In this document: in pieces, positions 63,791 through 64,000 of the stretch
How positions within the stretch are numbered: the stretch's first letter is position 1
Layout: the number at the start of each line of letters is the position of its first letter
From: the human T2T-CHM13v2.0 reference genome, Homo sapiens
Length of the DNA: 64,000 nucleotides
Strand: one strand, 5' to 3'
Assembly: GCF_009914755.1 (NCBI RefSeq)
Contig: NC_060932.1
Program-made: the position numbers and the translations under genes
The notes under the pieces: generated by a model
Database searches by the model: none
What the model saw: the letters and a program-made list of their open reading frames with translations, nothing else
What the model was told of the DNA's origin: nothing

Positions 63791-64000
63791 ACCCAGGACT
63801 GGCTGTGAGGAGGGAAACAGATGACTCGGAGAGAGTCCCAGGAACGGGGCAGTCCCCAGGCGGTGGCATACCAGCCAGTCACCAGGCTGACCTCCAGAGT
63901 GGGCCTGGCTTAGGGAACTTGTTCAGAGAGGGGCAGGTACATGGGCTGAAGGGGGTGCCCCTGAAATTCCAGCAGCAGGGGCCTTGATGCTGAGGGGCCT

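Overview
Eukaryotic, GC-rich vertebrate DNA. The spliced translation matches human ADGRB1 (BAI1, adhesion GPCR B1) as I recall it. The window holds the 5' ~60% of the gene on the + strand: a non-coding exon 1 in a CpG island and coding exons 2-18 (signal peptide, N-terminal domain with RGD, five TSR repeats, HormR, GAIN/GPS, about codons 1-939). The 7TM exons lie beyond the window. Almost all other ORFs in the track are GC-rich or repeat artefacts. The most notable non-coding signals are: (1) a candidate stop-plus-poly(A) terminal exon in intron 2, between UG-rich tracts; (2) a uORF whose stop overlaps the main AUG (AUGA); (3) an exon 6/7 junction that needs a non-AG acceptor to give the reference protein; (4) two local inverted duplications and an internal CpG-island promoter in intron 17; (5) a GGTCA-rich minisatellite present three times, once inverted; (6) a circularly permuted copy of a neighbouring Alu. 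All alignments were done by eye, and repeat boundaries are approximate.
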